Shown: piece by piece, positions 8,392-17,989 of the stretch
Layout: every line of letters begins with the position of its first letter
How positions within the stretch are numbered: the first letter of the stretch is position 1
Source of the DNA: Candidatus Parcubacteria bacterium
GTDB lineage: Bacteria > Patescibacteriota > Minisyncoccia > Phycocordibacterales > UBA2100
Length of the DNA: 64,000 nt
Reading direction: 5' to 3'
Assembly (NCBI GenBank): GCA_003599295.1
Contig: QZJK01000006.1
Coordinates: forward strand, 14,681 to 78,680
Made by a program: the position numbers and the translations under genes
The notes under the pieces: model-generated
Databases searched by the model: none
Told to the model about the DNA's origin: nothing
The model's input: only the letters and a program-made list of their open reading frames with translations

Positions 8392-9255
8392 ATGAAGGCG
8401 GCGTTCTATGTAGTACTCGTCCTTTTTCTTCTCCTCGGCGGTTTTTTCGCGCTAAATACTTATATATACGAGGAAAAGCAGGAGGAGGAAAATACCTTCG
8501 CGACATACCTCTGTTCGGACGGAAAGTCTCTCACGGCGCGGTTCGAAGAGGGCAATACAATCGTTTTCTTGGGCGATGATAGGGTATTGACGCTTGCGAA
8601 AATTGCGGCCGAATCCGGGGCTCGGTATGAAGATGCTACCGGCCAGGCTGTTCTCTCAACGACCGATACCAATGCGTCATTTGAAGAAGGCGGAACTGTC
8701 ACCTACGCCGACTGCGTATACGCTTCGGAGCGAGAAAGTTTCGAGCGGGGCGATGAGCTGTGGACGCGATACACGAACGAAAACATCGGTTTCTCGTTCG
8801 AGTATCGCGAAAGGCCGCAGGGGTATTTCTTGCAAGAGCCCCGTGGCACGGATGAGCATCCCGATTTCGTGAAAGCACTTGTTCTCACGAACAAGCAAGA
8901 GTACGAAGAACTCTTGCAGAGCACGAATGGACGCGAGGGTCCGCCTACTATCACAACCCTTATCTTCAATAATCCGGAGCGGCTTTCGCCAAGCGCGTGG
9001 GCCGACGCCAACCCGGGGTTAAGCAATATCGGGCTCATTCGCGGCGAAGTCGTTGAAACATCGGTAGCCGGCGCGCCGGCGATCCGCTACGCGGCCGACG
9101 GACTGTATCTCTCCGATAACGTCATCATCGCGAACGGCTCATACATCTACGCCATAACCGGCTTTTACCTCGAAGAAGACTCACGCATCCGTGAAGACTT
9201 CGAGCCGTTCTTACATTCTATTACGTTCATGGTGAAAGGAGAGCAAGAGCTTTGA
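8392..9255 (+). CDS. membrane-anchored protein with N-terminal MliC-like (lysozyme-inhibitor) domain
   Basis: N-terminal TM helix. C...SLTARFEEGNTIVFLGDDRVLTLAKIAAESGARYED...TYADC matches the MliC fold pattern. C-terminal domain unknown. Confidence 0.4.
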   Translation: MKAAFYVVLVLFLLLGGFFALNTYIYEEKQEEENTFATYLCSDGKSLTARFEEGNTIVFLGDDRVLTLAKIAAESGARYEDATGQAVLSTTDTNASFEEGGTVTYADCVYASERESFERGDELWTRYTNENIGFSFEYRERPQGYFLQEPRGTDEHPDFVKALVLTNKQEYEELLQSTNGREGPPTITTLIFNNPERLSPSAWADANPGLSNIGLIRGEVVETSVAGAPAIRYAADGLYLSDNVIIANGSYIYAITGFYLEEDSRIREDFEPFLHSITFMVKGEQEL

Positions 9256-9833
9256 GTACGCAGGAAACTAATGACATGAAAAGGGCGAAGCGGAACGGTT
9301 TTCTTCAGGACATCGGCATCATCGCATTAAGCGTCGTTGTATCCGTTCTTCTCGCGAAAACGGACGTCATCGTGAATCTTCTCGCGTCATCGGAGAAACT
9401 CGAGTATCTCGGGACGTTCGTTGCAGGGATGTTCTTTACTTCGATATTCACGACGGCCCCTGCTATCGCGACGCTCGGTGAACTTTCTCTTCTCCATGGG
9501 ATACTTCCGACGGCACTCGTCGGAGCCCTCGGCTCTGTTGCGGGAGACCTCCTCATCTTCCGCTTCATACGCGACCGATTCTCCGACCACATAACCGAGC
9601 TCTTGGGGCATAAGAAAGTGCTTCGCCGATTCCACACTCTTTTTAAGCGGCGAGTATTTTATTGGTTTACGTTCCTGTTAGGGGGCATAGTACTTGCATC
9701 GCCGCTTCCCGATGAACTCGGCATCAGTCTTTTAGGGCTCTCGAAGACTAAGATGATGTACTTTATAGCGATGTCTTATGTATTTAACGTGCTCGGCATA
9801 TTCGCCATCGGAATTATCGCCGCAAATCTCTAG
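9252..9833 (+). CDS. hypothetical integral membrane protein
   Basis: 193 aa with multiple hydrophobic helices. Translationally coupled to the upstream gene. Confidence 0.45.
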   Translation: MSTQETNDMKRAKRNGFLQDIGIIALSVVVSVLLAKTDVIVNLLASSEKLEYLGTFVAGMFFTSIFTTAPAIATLGELSLLHGILPTALVGALGSVAGDLLIFRFIRDRFSDHITELLGHKKVLRRFHTLFKRRVFYWFTFLLGGIVLASPLPDELGISLLGLSKTKMMYFIAMSYVFNVLGIFAIGIIAANL

Positions 9834-9842
9834 CGTGTAGTA

Positions 9843-11444
9843 TCATCCCCATTCGATCGTCGCGGGCGGTTTGTCAGAAATTCGATAGGTGACAGCACCG
9901 ACCTCGCGCACCTCGTTCGTTATGCGGCGCGAGACTTTTTCGAGGAAATCATAGGGGAGGGTCGCAAAGCGGGCCGTAAAGCCATTAACGCTCCACACGG
10001 CCCATAGTGCAACGACATGTCCGAGTCCCGCATCGTCTCCTTTTGAGACGGTGTGTTCGGAGTGGGTGACCACGGCGCCTGCCTGCCAGACCGTCCTATA
10101 GAGATCGGCGGCGCGCAGTTCCTCGATGTAGATGCCATCCACGGCGCGTGCGGTTTTCAGTTTTTCAGCGGTCACCTCGCCTTCAATGCGAACGACAAGG
10201 CCAGGCCCGGGGAACGGATGGCGCAGGAGCAGGTCTTCAGGAACGCCGATGTCGGCGCCGATGCCGCGGGCGGAATCCTTCACCTGATCTTCAAGGGGCG
10301 TGAGTTCCGGCACGGAAAAGTCTATGCCGGTATTGTGGTGCACTTTTATTTCCGCGATGCGCGCGCCTGTCGCATGGCCCATGCCGCTTTCGCGGAGGTC
10401 GGTATAGAGCGTGCCCTGCACGATGAAATCCGCTCCGAATTCTCGGATCTTTTCCTCCAGTACGTCTTTGTAGACGCCGCGCATCGCGAGCCGCTTTTCC
10501 CGCATGGATGTTTTCCCGCGAAGCGAATCCAAAAAGAGCGCCGTCGCGTCGGCAATTTCCACCTCTATCCAGTCTTGCCCGCCGAAATACTTTTGCACGT
10601 ACGCCTCGTCGTCCGGACGGTCTATCCCGCGGATGTACACGCCTTTGATACCGCCTTTCACGCCTTCATGCGCTTTTTTGAGAAGATAGGCAACCACGGA
10701 TGAATCGGAACCGCCAGAAAGCGCGATGAGCACTTTTTTGCCGGCTATCTGCTTTTGTAACTCGGCAATTTTTTGTTCCGCGACGCTGTGGGCAGGGAAG
10801 CGGTCGGTTATGCCGCAGATCTTTACGCAGAAGTTTTCGTACATTTTCGCACCCTCTGCCGTGTCTGTGACTTCCGGATGGAACTGCACGCCCCATAGGT
10901 GCTTGTACCGCGCCGCGGCGATGGGCGTGTTGTCCGTCGAACCGAGTTCAATCATACCCTTGATGCTTCCCACAATGTCGCCGTGCGTTTCAAGAACAGG
11001 AGTTTTTTTGGAGACTCCTTCAAAGAAGGGGTCTTCGGCGGATATGTTCAAGGTATGTACGCCGAACTCGCGCTTTTCGGCGGTAGAAACGGGCGCACCG
11101 ATATGTTTCGCCCACATCTGGAAACCGAGGCACACGCCGAGGACCGGAATGCCAAGGTCGAAGATAGCGCCGTCAAAAGGTGGCGGCTCGTCAAAAACCG
11201 ACGCGGGACCGCCGGAAACGATAATGCCTGCCGGAGCGGCTTTTTTGACATCATCAGCGCTCACCGTCGAAGGATCCGCGACGACCGCATATACACCGAT
11301 CTTCGCGAGCCGCTGGACGATAAGGTGGTCGAACTGGCTCCCCATTGAAAAGAGGAGGATGAAGTGGGCGGTCTTCCGCACGCGCATTTCTTCCGCTATG
11401 TGTTCGAGTGCTTCCGGTGTTGCCTTTGTGAAGATACTAGGCAT
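9843..11444 (-). CDS. guaA: GMP synthase (glutamine-hydrolysing)
   Basis: GATase domain (GVCLGFQM with catalytic Cys) and the ATP-PPase SGGSDS P-loop. Full length 533 aa. Confidence 0.9.
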   Translation of the reverse strand: MPSIFTKATPEALEHIAEEMRVRKTAHFILLFSMGSQFDHLIVQRLAKIGVYAVVADPSTVSADDVKKAAPAGIIVSGGPASVFDEPPPFDGAIFDLGIPVLGVCLGFQMWAKHIGAPVSTAEKREFGVHTLNISAEDPFFEGVSKKTPVLETHGDIVGSIKGMIELGSTDNTPIAAARYKHLWGVQFHPEVTDTAEGAKMYENFCVKICGITDRFPAHSVAEQKIAELQKQIAGKKVLIALSGGSDSSVVAYLLKKAHEGVKGGIKGVYIRGIDRPDDEAYVQKYFGGQDWIEVEIADATALFLDSLRGKTSMREKRLAMRGVYKDVLEEKIREFGADFIVQGTLYTDLRESGMGHATGARIAEIKVHHNTGIDFSVPELTPLEDQVKDSARGIGADIGVPEDLLLRHPFPGPGLVVRIEGEVTAEKLKTARAVDGIYIEELRAADLYRTVWQAGAVVTHSEHTVSKGDDAGLGHVVALWAVWSVNGFTARFATLPYDFLEKVSRRITNEVREVGAVTYRISDKPPATIEWG

Positions 11445-11515
11445 GTCGGGGTGATTTTAGCACAAAATTCTGCCGATTTCCCGCACTTCATCGAGAACTC
11501 ATATTTTGCACAATC

Positions 11516-11581
11516 GTGTGGATAACTGGGTTGCAGTCGTGTATAGTGGTATATACTCTATTGCAGTGGGATAGAGTGGTA
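11516..11581 (+). promoter_or_regulatory. mraZ upstream region with GTGG(G/T) direct repeats (putative MraZ boxes) and promoter
   Basis: GTGG at 11518, 11547, 11566 and 11577, the last two 11 bp apart. A ttgcag...tatact-like promoter is embedded. By analogy with E. coli MraZ operator repeats. Confidence 0.3.
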
Positions 11582-11584
11582 AAT

Positions 11585-12028
11585 ATGGAACACCTGTTGA
11601 TCGGCGAGTACGAGCACACGCTGGACGAAAAGAAACGAATATCCTTGCCCAAAGCCTTTCGAACGGCGCTCGGGAAAAGGGTCATCGTGACGAGGGGCCT
11701 CGATAACTGCCTCTTCGTATTTTCTCGTGATTCGTGGGGAAAGATCGCGGAGAAATTACAATCTCTCTCGTTCGCGAACGTGGATACGCGCGGGTTCAAC
11801 AGATTCATGCTTTCCGGAGCGGCTGAAGTGGATATAGACGACGTCGGCCGCATTCTTATACCGGATCATCAGAAAGCGTTCGCAGGTCTGAAGAAACGGG
11901 TCGTCTTTACCGGCGTATCCGACCGGGTCGAGATATGGGACGCCGAAACGTGGTATCGCTACAAAGCCCGCATCGACAAGGATGCAGAACGGCTGGCGAA
12001 AAAGCTTGGAGAGATAGGAGCACTCTAA
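11585..12028 (+). CDS. mraZ: transcriptional regulator MraZ
   Basis: MEHLLIGEYEHTLDEKKRISLPKAFR... with duplicated SpoVT/AbrB-like halves. First gene of the dcw cluster. Confidence 0.85.
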   Translation: MEHLLIGEYEHTLDEKKRISLPKAFRTALGKRVIVTRGLDNCLFVFSRDSWGKIAEKLQSLSFANVDTRGFNRFMLSGAAEVDIDDVGRILIPDHQKAFAGLKKRVVFTGVSDRVEIWDAETWYRYKARIDKDAERLAKKLGEIGAL

Positions 12029-12071
12029 ACACCTGGTGGCACGGGGTAGCTGGAAGAATTGCATACACGTC

Positions 12072-13022
12072 ATGCGCACGCGACGCTCACAATCTTCCAG
12101 CGACCCGGTGTCGTCAAAGCCGCTTTCCGGCGGAGGACACCGAAGCGTTCTTTTACACGAAGCTGTCGAGAGTCTTTCGATAGCGCCGAACGACATAGTA
12201 GTGGATGCGACATTGGGAGGCGGAGGCCATGCCAAACGCATTGCGGAGAAATTAGGGAAAGAGGGGATATTCATCGGATTCGACCTGGACGGGTCCGCGA
12301 TAGAACGGTCGCGGGAAGCACTTGCGGGAACGCTTCCGAGAACGCACTTTTTCCAAGACAATTTTCGAAATCTTTCCGCAAAACTGCAGGAGGCAGGCAT
12401 ACCGCACATAACGAAAGCCCTTTTCGACCTTGGGTGGAGTTCTTACCAACTCGACTCCGGAAGAGGATTTTCGTTCCTAAAGGATGAGCCCCTTCTCATG
12501 ACGTATGCGACGGAGATAATCTCTCAAACGCTCACGGCGGAGAAAATCGTGAACGAGTGGGAAGAAGGGAATGTCGCCGACGTGTTGTGGGGCTGGGGAG
12601 AGGAGCGCTACTCGAGAAGGATCGCGCGCGCGATAGCCGAAGCGAGAGCGCGAAAGCCTATCAAGACCTCGCGGGAACTTGCGGAAATAATCGCAAACGC
12701 CGTACCGCGCGCATATCGTCATGGGCGGATACACCCGGCAACGCGCACGTTCCAGGCGCTTCGGATAGCGGTCAATGACGAATTGGGCGCGCTCGCGGAA
12801 GGTCTGCGGGGTGCGTGGGAGAAGCTTTCTCCCGGCGGGAAGCTCGCGGTCATTACGTTCCACAGCATCGAGGACCGCATCGTCAAACAGACATTTGCCG
12901 CGTGGGAGAAGGAAGGGGTCGGACTTCGCATGACGAAAAAACCGATGTCCCCAAGCCCGGAAGAGATACGAGAAAATCCCCGCTCGCGCAGTGCAAAACT
13001 TCGTGTCATCGAAAAAGTTTGA
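12072..13022 (+). CDS. rsmH: 16S rRNA (cytosine1402-N4)-methyltransferase
   Basis: HRSVLLHEAVESL...VDATLGGGGHAKRI SAM motif. The start was chosen at the internal Met; the ORF extends to 12036. Confidence 0.85.
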   Translation: MRTRRSQSSSDPVSSKPLSGGGHRSVLLHEAVESLSIAPNDIVVDATLGGGGHAKRIAEKLGKEGIFIGFDLDGSAIERSREALAGTLPRTHFFQDNFRNLSAKLQEAGIPHITKALFDLGWSSYQLDSGRGFSFLKDEPLLMTYATEIISQTLTAEKIVNEWEEGNVADVLWGWGEERYSRRIARAIAEARARKPIKTSRELAEIIANAVPRAYRHGRIHPATRTFQALRIAVNDELGALAEGLRGAWEKLSPGGKLAVITFHSIEDRIVKQTFAAWEKEGVGLRMTKKPMSPSPEEIRENPRSRSAKLRVIEKV

Positions 13023-13047
13023 AATTTGAAAATCAAAAATTCTCACC

Positions 13048-13449
13048 ATGGGTACGCGTATACATAAAATAAGCAGATACAAACCCTCGATATTCCAGGG
13101 TTCTTTGCGCCTTTCTACGGAACGCGGCGGCTTTTCGCTCACCGTCGAGCATCCGGCGGAGCGCGTCCTTTTTAAGACGCTTATCGCGGCACTGGCATTG
13201 CTGACGGTCGGATATGTCTATTTCGTAAGCGCCTCCGTCCTGAACGTTATCGCGAGGAAAGACGCGGTCCGTGAGACAGCATCACTCGAAAGTAAAGTCT
13301 CGCTTCTCGAACGCGATTATTATGCCGCAACAGCCGCTCTCACTCCTTCATCCGGAGAGCGCCTCGGGCTTTCGCCGGTGTCGAACACGCGCTATGTGCA
13401 CCGCCCCGGAGTCGTGGGCGTCGCGGAGACACCGTTAAATGAGATCTAA
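13048..13449 (+). CDS. FtsL-like cell-division membrane protein
   Basis: Single TM helix plus a coiled region. Sits at the ftsL position between rsmH and ftsI. Confidence 0.4.
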   Translation: MGTRIHKISRYKPSIFQGSLRLSTERGGFSLTVEHPAERVLFKTLIAALALLTVGYVYFVSASVLNVIARKDAVRETASLESKVSLLERDYYAATAALTPSSGERLGLSPVSNTRYVHRPGVVGVAETPLNEI

Positions 13450-15154
13450 GTTCGTACTGCGTGCGCGGCTCCTTTCCGGAGTCTTGATACTCATTGCCAT
13501 ATTTTTGGGCGCGCGCCTCTACTTTGTTCAGATAGTGAACGGCGAAGAATATCGCGAGAGCGCCAAGGGTCAGTACGTGGTCGAAACCGACCAAAGCATC
13601 ATCGATCGCGGCAATATCTTCTTCACGAAAAAGGACGGCACGCAGGATGGTGCGGCGGTCATGCAATCGGGATGGCGGGTCGCCATTTCTCCCAAGGACA
13701 TAAAAGATGCAAATGAGGTCTTTGCGGCAATAGCTGCGGAGACCGAACTGGACAGCGAGCGCTTCTTCGCGAGCACGGCGAAGGAAGAAGACCCCTATGA
13801 AGAGGTTGCGTTCCGTATTTCCGACGAAGCGGCCACCGCCATTCGCGCAAAGAAATTGCCCGGTGTGATACTCGTGAGAGATCAGTGGCGCTACTATCCG
13901 GCAGGGGAACTTGCCGCGCACGCGCTCGGTTTCGTCGGTTTCCAAGGCGACAAACGCGTCGGCGTCTACGGGCTCGAGCGGTTCTGGGAGGCGACGCTTT
14001 CGCGCACATCATCAGGACTCTATGTGAATCCGTTCGCGGAGATCTTTATGAATCTTGAAGAAGCTCTGACAGCTGATCCTGTCTCGCGAGAGGGAAGCAT
14101 TATTACGACCATAGAACCATCCGTCGAAACTCGCCTCGAAGAAACGCTGGAAGACGTGATGGAAACTTACTCGCCGAAATTGGTCGGCGGCATCATCATG
14201 GATCCGAAGACGGGTGCGATACGGGCGCTTGGGTTGCGTCCCGCATTCGATCCTAACACCTACAACACCATAGAGAATCCGGCGGTCTTCACGAATCTTC
14301 TCGTCGAAGGCAGGTACGAAATGGGATCCATTATGAAGCCTTTGACCATTGCGGCCGCGATAGATGCGGGTGCCGTGACGCCCGAAACTACATACATGGA
14401 CAGGGGATGCATTGAGAAAAGCGGGAAGACCATTTGCAACTACGACAAAAAAGCGCGCAACAGGGTCTCGATGCAGGAAGTATTGAATCAGTCGCTGAAC
14501 CTCGGCGTTTCGTACGCAGTCGACCAAATGGGGCATGAAGTGTTCGGGCAATACATTCACGCGTACGGTCTTGGCGACAAGACGGGCATCGAACTCCCAA
14601 ATGAGGCGGCGGGGAATATCCGCGCGATAGATAACGGGTACGACGTTGATTACGCCTCTGCGGGATTTGGACAAGGCATTGCTGTTTCGGCTGTCGGCAT
14701 GACGCGCGCGCTCGCAACGCTTGCGAACGAAGGCGTGCTCCCGAATCCGCATATCGTATCGGGTATTCGCATGAAAAGCGGCATTAGCCGCTCGGTCGAA
14801 CCGGAGGCCGGCACGCAGGTGTTAAAGCCGGAGACCGCGCAGACAGTTTCGACGATGCTCGTGAAAGTGTTCGATGACGCGCTTCTCGGTGGCATTCTGA
14901 AGCAGGAACACTATTCGATTGCGGCGAAAACCGGAACCGCGCAGGTCGCCGTTCCGAACGGAAGCGGCTACTATCCCGATCGCTACCTTCACTCGTTCTT
15001 CGGGTATTTTCCGGCGCACGACCCGCAGTTCATCGTCTTTCTGTTCGCCATCGAGCCGAAGGGAGTTGAATTCGCTTCCGCATCGCTCGCGCGGCCATTC
15101 CTCGAAGTCGCGAAGTATTTGATAAATTATTACGATATCCCACCAGACAGATGA
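13439..15154 (+). CDS. ftsI: penicillin-binding protein 2/3 transpeptidase
   Basis: N-terminal anchor and PBP dimerisation domain. Transpeptidase motifs SIMKP (SxxK), SxN and KTGTA. Confidence 0.85.
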   Translation: MRSKFVLRARLLSGVLILIAIFLGARLYFVQIVNGEEYRESAKGQYVVETDQSIIDRGNIFFTKKDGTQDGAAVMQSGWRVAISPKDIKDANEVFAAIAAETELDSERFFASTAKEEDPYEEVAFRISDEAATAIRAKKLPGVILVRDQWRYYPAGELAAHALGFVGFQGDKRVGVYGLERFWEATLSRTSSGLYVNPFAEIFMNLEEALTADPVSREGSIITTIEPSVETRLEETLEDVMETYSPKLVGGIIMDPKTGAIRALGLRPAFDPNTYNTIENPAVFTNLLVEGRYEMGSIMKPLTIAAAIDAGAVTPETTYMDRGCIEKSGKTICNYDKKARNRVSMQEVLNQSLNLGVSYAVDQMGHEVFGQYIHAYGLGDKTGIELPNEAAGNIRAIDNGYDVDYASAGFGQGIAVSAVGMTRALATLANEGVLPNPHIVSGIRMKSGISRSVEPEAGTQVLKPETAQTVSTMLVKVFDDALLGGILKQEHYSIAAKTGTAQVAVPNGSGYYPDRYLHSFFGYFPAHDPQFIVFLFAIEPKGVEFASASLARPFLEVAKYLINYYDIPPDR

Positions 15155-15190
15155 TTGAAAATCGCACTGGCGATTTTCAATCATCTTTTG
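15153..15190 (+). terminator. rho-independent terminator after ftsI
   Basis: gattgaaaatcgc-actg-gcgattttcaatc 13-bp stem followed by atcttttg. Confidence 0.5.
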
Positions 15191-15434
15191 AGGTCACGCA
15201 TATTCACCTGCTGGCAAATTGCGCGACCCCGCCTCGGCCGCCTACGCGGCCTCCGGCCTTGCGGAGCAGCGCTTCGCTCGCTCCTCACCCTCGGTTTTCA
15301 ACACTTCGTTGCTTTCCGACACGGGAAACTCTCGTTTCCCGACCCCTTCCCACTTCGTGCCAACCGACTGGGTCTTTTGGCACGAAGGGTAAGTCAATAA
15401 TGAAGGGTCGGAATAATGGTATTCTGGAATACGT

Positions 15435-15764
15435 ATGATAGAACGTCCAAGAAAGCAGTCTCCAGTAAGTGAACGCGTTAAAGAAGTCGAAGAAAAGCGT
15501 ACAGAGCGTTTGAATACGATTTTTGATAAGCGCGTGCAATTCAAAAAAGAAGCAAAGCTTCGTCAGGAAAAGATCGCCGAGCTCAAGATAGCTGAAGGTT
15601 CAGCCGTACTAGTTCATACACTCGAAGGTTTGAAAGAGGGAATTGTAGACAGCTTTGATGAATTTGGCCGAGTCTGGGTGCGTTTCAAGGATTTAGCACG
15701 GCCGCACGGGAACCACAAACAAACGAACCTCTGCGATCCGTTTGATATAGAGCCAAAAAGCTGA
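15435..15764 (+). CDS. hypothetical protein
   Basis: 109-aa ORF, charged N-terminus. No recognisable motif. Confidence 0.35.
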   Translation: MIERPRKQSPVSERVKEVEEKRTERLNTIFDKRVQFKKEAKLRQEKIAELKIAEGSAVLVHTLEGLKEGIVDSFDEFGRVWVRFKDLARPHGNHKQTNLCDPFDIEPKS

Positions 15765-15779
15765 TACTTTTGTACACGC

Positions 15780-15851
15780 GGCCCTATCGTCTATCGGCTA
15801 GGACACATCCTTCTCAAGGATGGAAGCGGGGTTCGATTCCCCGTAGGGTCA
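15780..15851 (+). tRNA. tRNA-Glu(CUC)
   Basis: Acceptor ggcccta/tagggtc. Anticodon stem catcc/ggatg with loop ttCTCaa. T-arm cgggg/ttcgatt/ccccg. Confidence 0.6.
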
Positions 15852-15982
15852 TGACGAACATAGTGAGGAATGACCCTACGGATAGGAAGGGGTCGGGAAA
15901 CCTGCATGGTTTCCTGCGGAGGAAGGCAGTGAGTCTAGCGAGCGTTGGAAAACCGTGGGTTTCCAAAGCCGTATGGGTCACA
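15852..15982 (+). other. structured/repeat region after tRNA-Glu (att remnant or small RNA)
   Basis: An inverted copy (tgaccctacgg, 15871-15881) and a direct near-copy (ccgtatgggtca, 15969-15980) of the tRNA 3' acceptor segment. They bracket two similar hairpins, gggaaacc-tgcat-ggtttcc and ggaaaacc-gtg-ggtttcc. Confidence 0.3.
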
Positions 15983-16039
15983 AATTAGAACTTAGGCAGG
16001 TGTGATGGAAAAATCGACCTAAGCCGAGCCCTAACCTCG

Positions 16040-16438
16040 TCAAAAATGGATGTTGGGGTGCGTAGAAATCAATTTTTGTAGCGAATCAGCATCTCCGACA
16101 ATTCTTAACGCCTCTGCGAATAATCGCTGATCGTCCATTTGGTCAAGATGGTAGTGGGCGTCCACGGACTTAGGATCAGTTCGCAATATTCCATATAAAG
16201 CGACTCTTTTGTCGACGCTGCCCGTTTCGTTATGCAGCGCAATGCCGGCAGTTCTTGCAATAAGTCCGGCTTGTAATATCGATACCGTGTCTGGTGCAGC
16301 CGCGCCCTCAGCCCTTAGAAGAATTTTTCCGTATCCCTCTTCATCGATAATGCCACCCAGTTCTTGATAGCGTTGATAACCTTCAGCTTTTTTGGGCGCT
16401 TCAGGCACGGCGTTCTTTTTTCCAGGATCTTCGAGCAT
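16040..16438 (-). CDS. hypothetical protein
   Basis: 132-aa ORF. No motif recognised. Confidence 0.4.
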   Translation of the reverse strand: MLEDPGKKNAVPEAPKKAEGYQRYQELGGIIDEEGYGKILLRAEGAAAPDTVSILQAGLIARTAGIALHNETGSVDKRVALYGILRTDPKSVDAHYHLDQMDDQRLFAEALRIVGDADSLQKLISTHPNIHF

Positions 16439-16575
16439 GCTTCTATCGTATTCTGCTGGTGGTGAAAAGCAAACACGTACGGAAATACAACAAAAATTGG
16501 CGAGACTGACTGAAGCGGGAACTAGATCATCGGTTTTGAGTTCTTTATCTTAAGGTCACCTGATACAATGTTTTT

Positions 16576-17016
16576 ATGCGCTATCTGCACACGATGGTCC
16601 GTATCAATAATGTCGAGGAGTCGCTCGGGTTCTATTGTGGCCTCTTAGGAATGAAAGAGGTCCGCCGCTACGACAGCGAGAAAGGCCGCTTCACGAATAT
16701 TTTCCTCGCGGCGCCTCTCGATGAGGGCATCGCGAAAGAAACGAAGGCGCCCGTTCTTGAACTCACCTACAATTGGGATCCGGAGAAATATACCGGCGGG
16801 CGGAACTTCGGGCACCTCGCATACGAAGTCGAGAATATTTACGACACCTGCGCGCGGCTTCAAAAAGAAGGAGTGGTCATCAATCGTCCGCCGCGCGACG
16901 GCAAAATGGCGTTCATACGATCTCCCGACGGCATTTCCATTGAATTTTTACAGAAAGGCGAACCGCTTCCTCCCGCTGAGCCGTGGACTTCGATGCAAAG
17001 CACCGGCACCTGGTAG
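16576..17016 (+). CDS. gloA: lactoylglutathione lyase (glyoxalase I, VOC family)
   Basis: MRYLHTMVRINNVEESLGFYCGLLGM...GHLAYEVENIY...ISIEF, typical GloA. Confidence 0.7.
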   Translation: MRYLHTMVRINNVEESLGFYCGLLGMKEVRRYDSEKGRFTNIFLAAPLDEGIAKETKAPVLELTYNWDPEKYTGGRNFGHLAYEVENIYDTCARLQKEGVVINRPPRDGKMAFIRSPDGISIEFLQKGEPLPPAEPWTSMQSTGTW

Positions 17017-17035
17017 GTTGAGATATACTCTCTGC

Positions 17036-17974
17036 ATGTCCCACGTCCTCGTCTCCGGTTCCATCGCGTATGACCGCATCATGGATTTTCCCGGGCACTT
17101 CCGCGACCATTTTCTGGCGCACAAACTGCACACCATCAACGTGAGTTTTGCCGTTGACGGGGTCGAAGAGAATTTCGGCGGCACGGCAGGCAACATCGCA
17201 TACAATCTCGCACTCTTGGGGCACGACCCTCGCATCATCTCGACAGCGGGTTCGGATTTTTCGGCATACAGAAAATATTTTGAGGGGGAAGGAATTGCGA
17301 CAGATACCGTGCATATAGACACAAGCGAGCTCACGTCTTCGGCATACATCATTACCGACAAGGCGGACAATCAGATAGCGGCGTTCTCTTTCGGCGCCGG
17401 CAAGCGGGCGTATGGGGAGCCGGGTCTCACCGAGGGAATAGCGTGTGCCATCGTCGGGGCGGGAAATACCGAGGACATGCGCCGACTGCCCGCGTTCTAC
17501 CGCGAGCGGAAGATTCCATACTTTTACGACCCAGCCCAGCAAATACCGATTCTTTCGGGCGACGATTTGCGCGCCGGTATCGAAGGCGCCGCGGGTTTGT
17601 TCGGCAATGACTATGAGATCGAGCTCATGACGCAAAAGACAGAGTGGAGCGAAAAAGAGCTCTCTGCCCGCGTGCCGTTCGTCGTAGTGACGCTTGGTGC
17701 GGGCGGGACGCGCATCATGACAAAAGAATCCACCGAGAAAGTAAAGGCGGTCCATGTGCCGAATGTCGTCGACCCGACAGGCGCAGGCGACGCATATCGC
17801 GCGGGCTTCCTCGCGGGCCACCTCGGAGGGCTGCCGCCGCGTGTCTCGGCACAGATCGGAAGCACGGCGGCGGTCTATGCCATTGAACAGAGTGGCACGC
17901 AAAATCATCGGTTCACGATGCAAGAGTTCGCAGGGCGATACGAGGAGGCATACGGCGAGAAATTTCCGTTATAG
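17036..17974 (+). CDS. PfkB-family carbohydrate/nucleoside kinase (adenosine-kinase-like)
   Basis: GG motif near the N-terminus. C-terminal DPTGAGDAY anion hole. The ORF-track start at 16721 overlaps gloA; ATG at 17036 chosen. Confidence 0.7.
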   Translation: MSHVLVSGSIAYDRIMDFPGHFRDHFLAHKLHTINVSFAVDGVEENFGGTAGNIAYNLALLGHDPRIISTAGSDFSAYRKYFEGEGIATDTVHIDTSELTSSAYIITDKADNQIAAFSFGAGKRAYGEPGLTEGIACAIVGAGNTEDMRRLPAFYRERKIPYFYDPAQQIPILSGDDLRAGIEGAAGLFGNDYEIELMTQKTEWSEKELSARVPFVVVTLGAGGTRIMTKESTEKVKAVHVPNVVDPTGAGDAYRAGFLAGHLGGLPPRVSAQIGSTAAVYAIEQSGTQNHRFTMQEFAGRYEEAYGEKFPL

Positions 17975-17989
17975 TATACTCACACATTC

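Noticed and set aside
10053-11454. Antisense ORFs inside guaA (10053..10703, 10726..11454 and others)
   Set aside because: Shadow ORFs on the strand opposite a well-supported conserved gene. Similar antisense ORFs inside atpA/atpD, leuS, cysS, aspS and murG were dismissed for the same reason.
16721-17035. N-terminal 105 codons of the 16721..17974 ORF
   Set aside because: They overlap gloA in another frame and are Arg-rich nonsense. The kinase homology begins at the Met at 17036.
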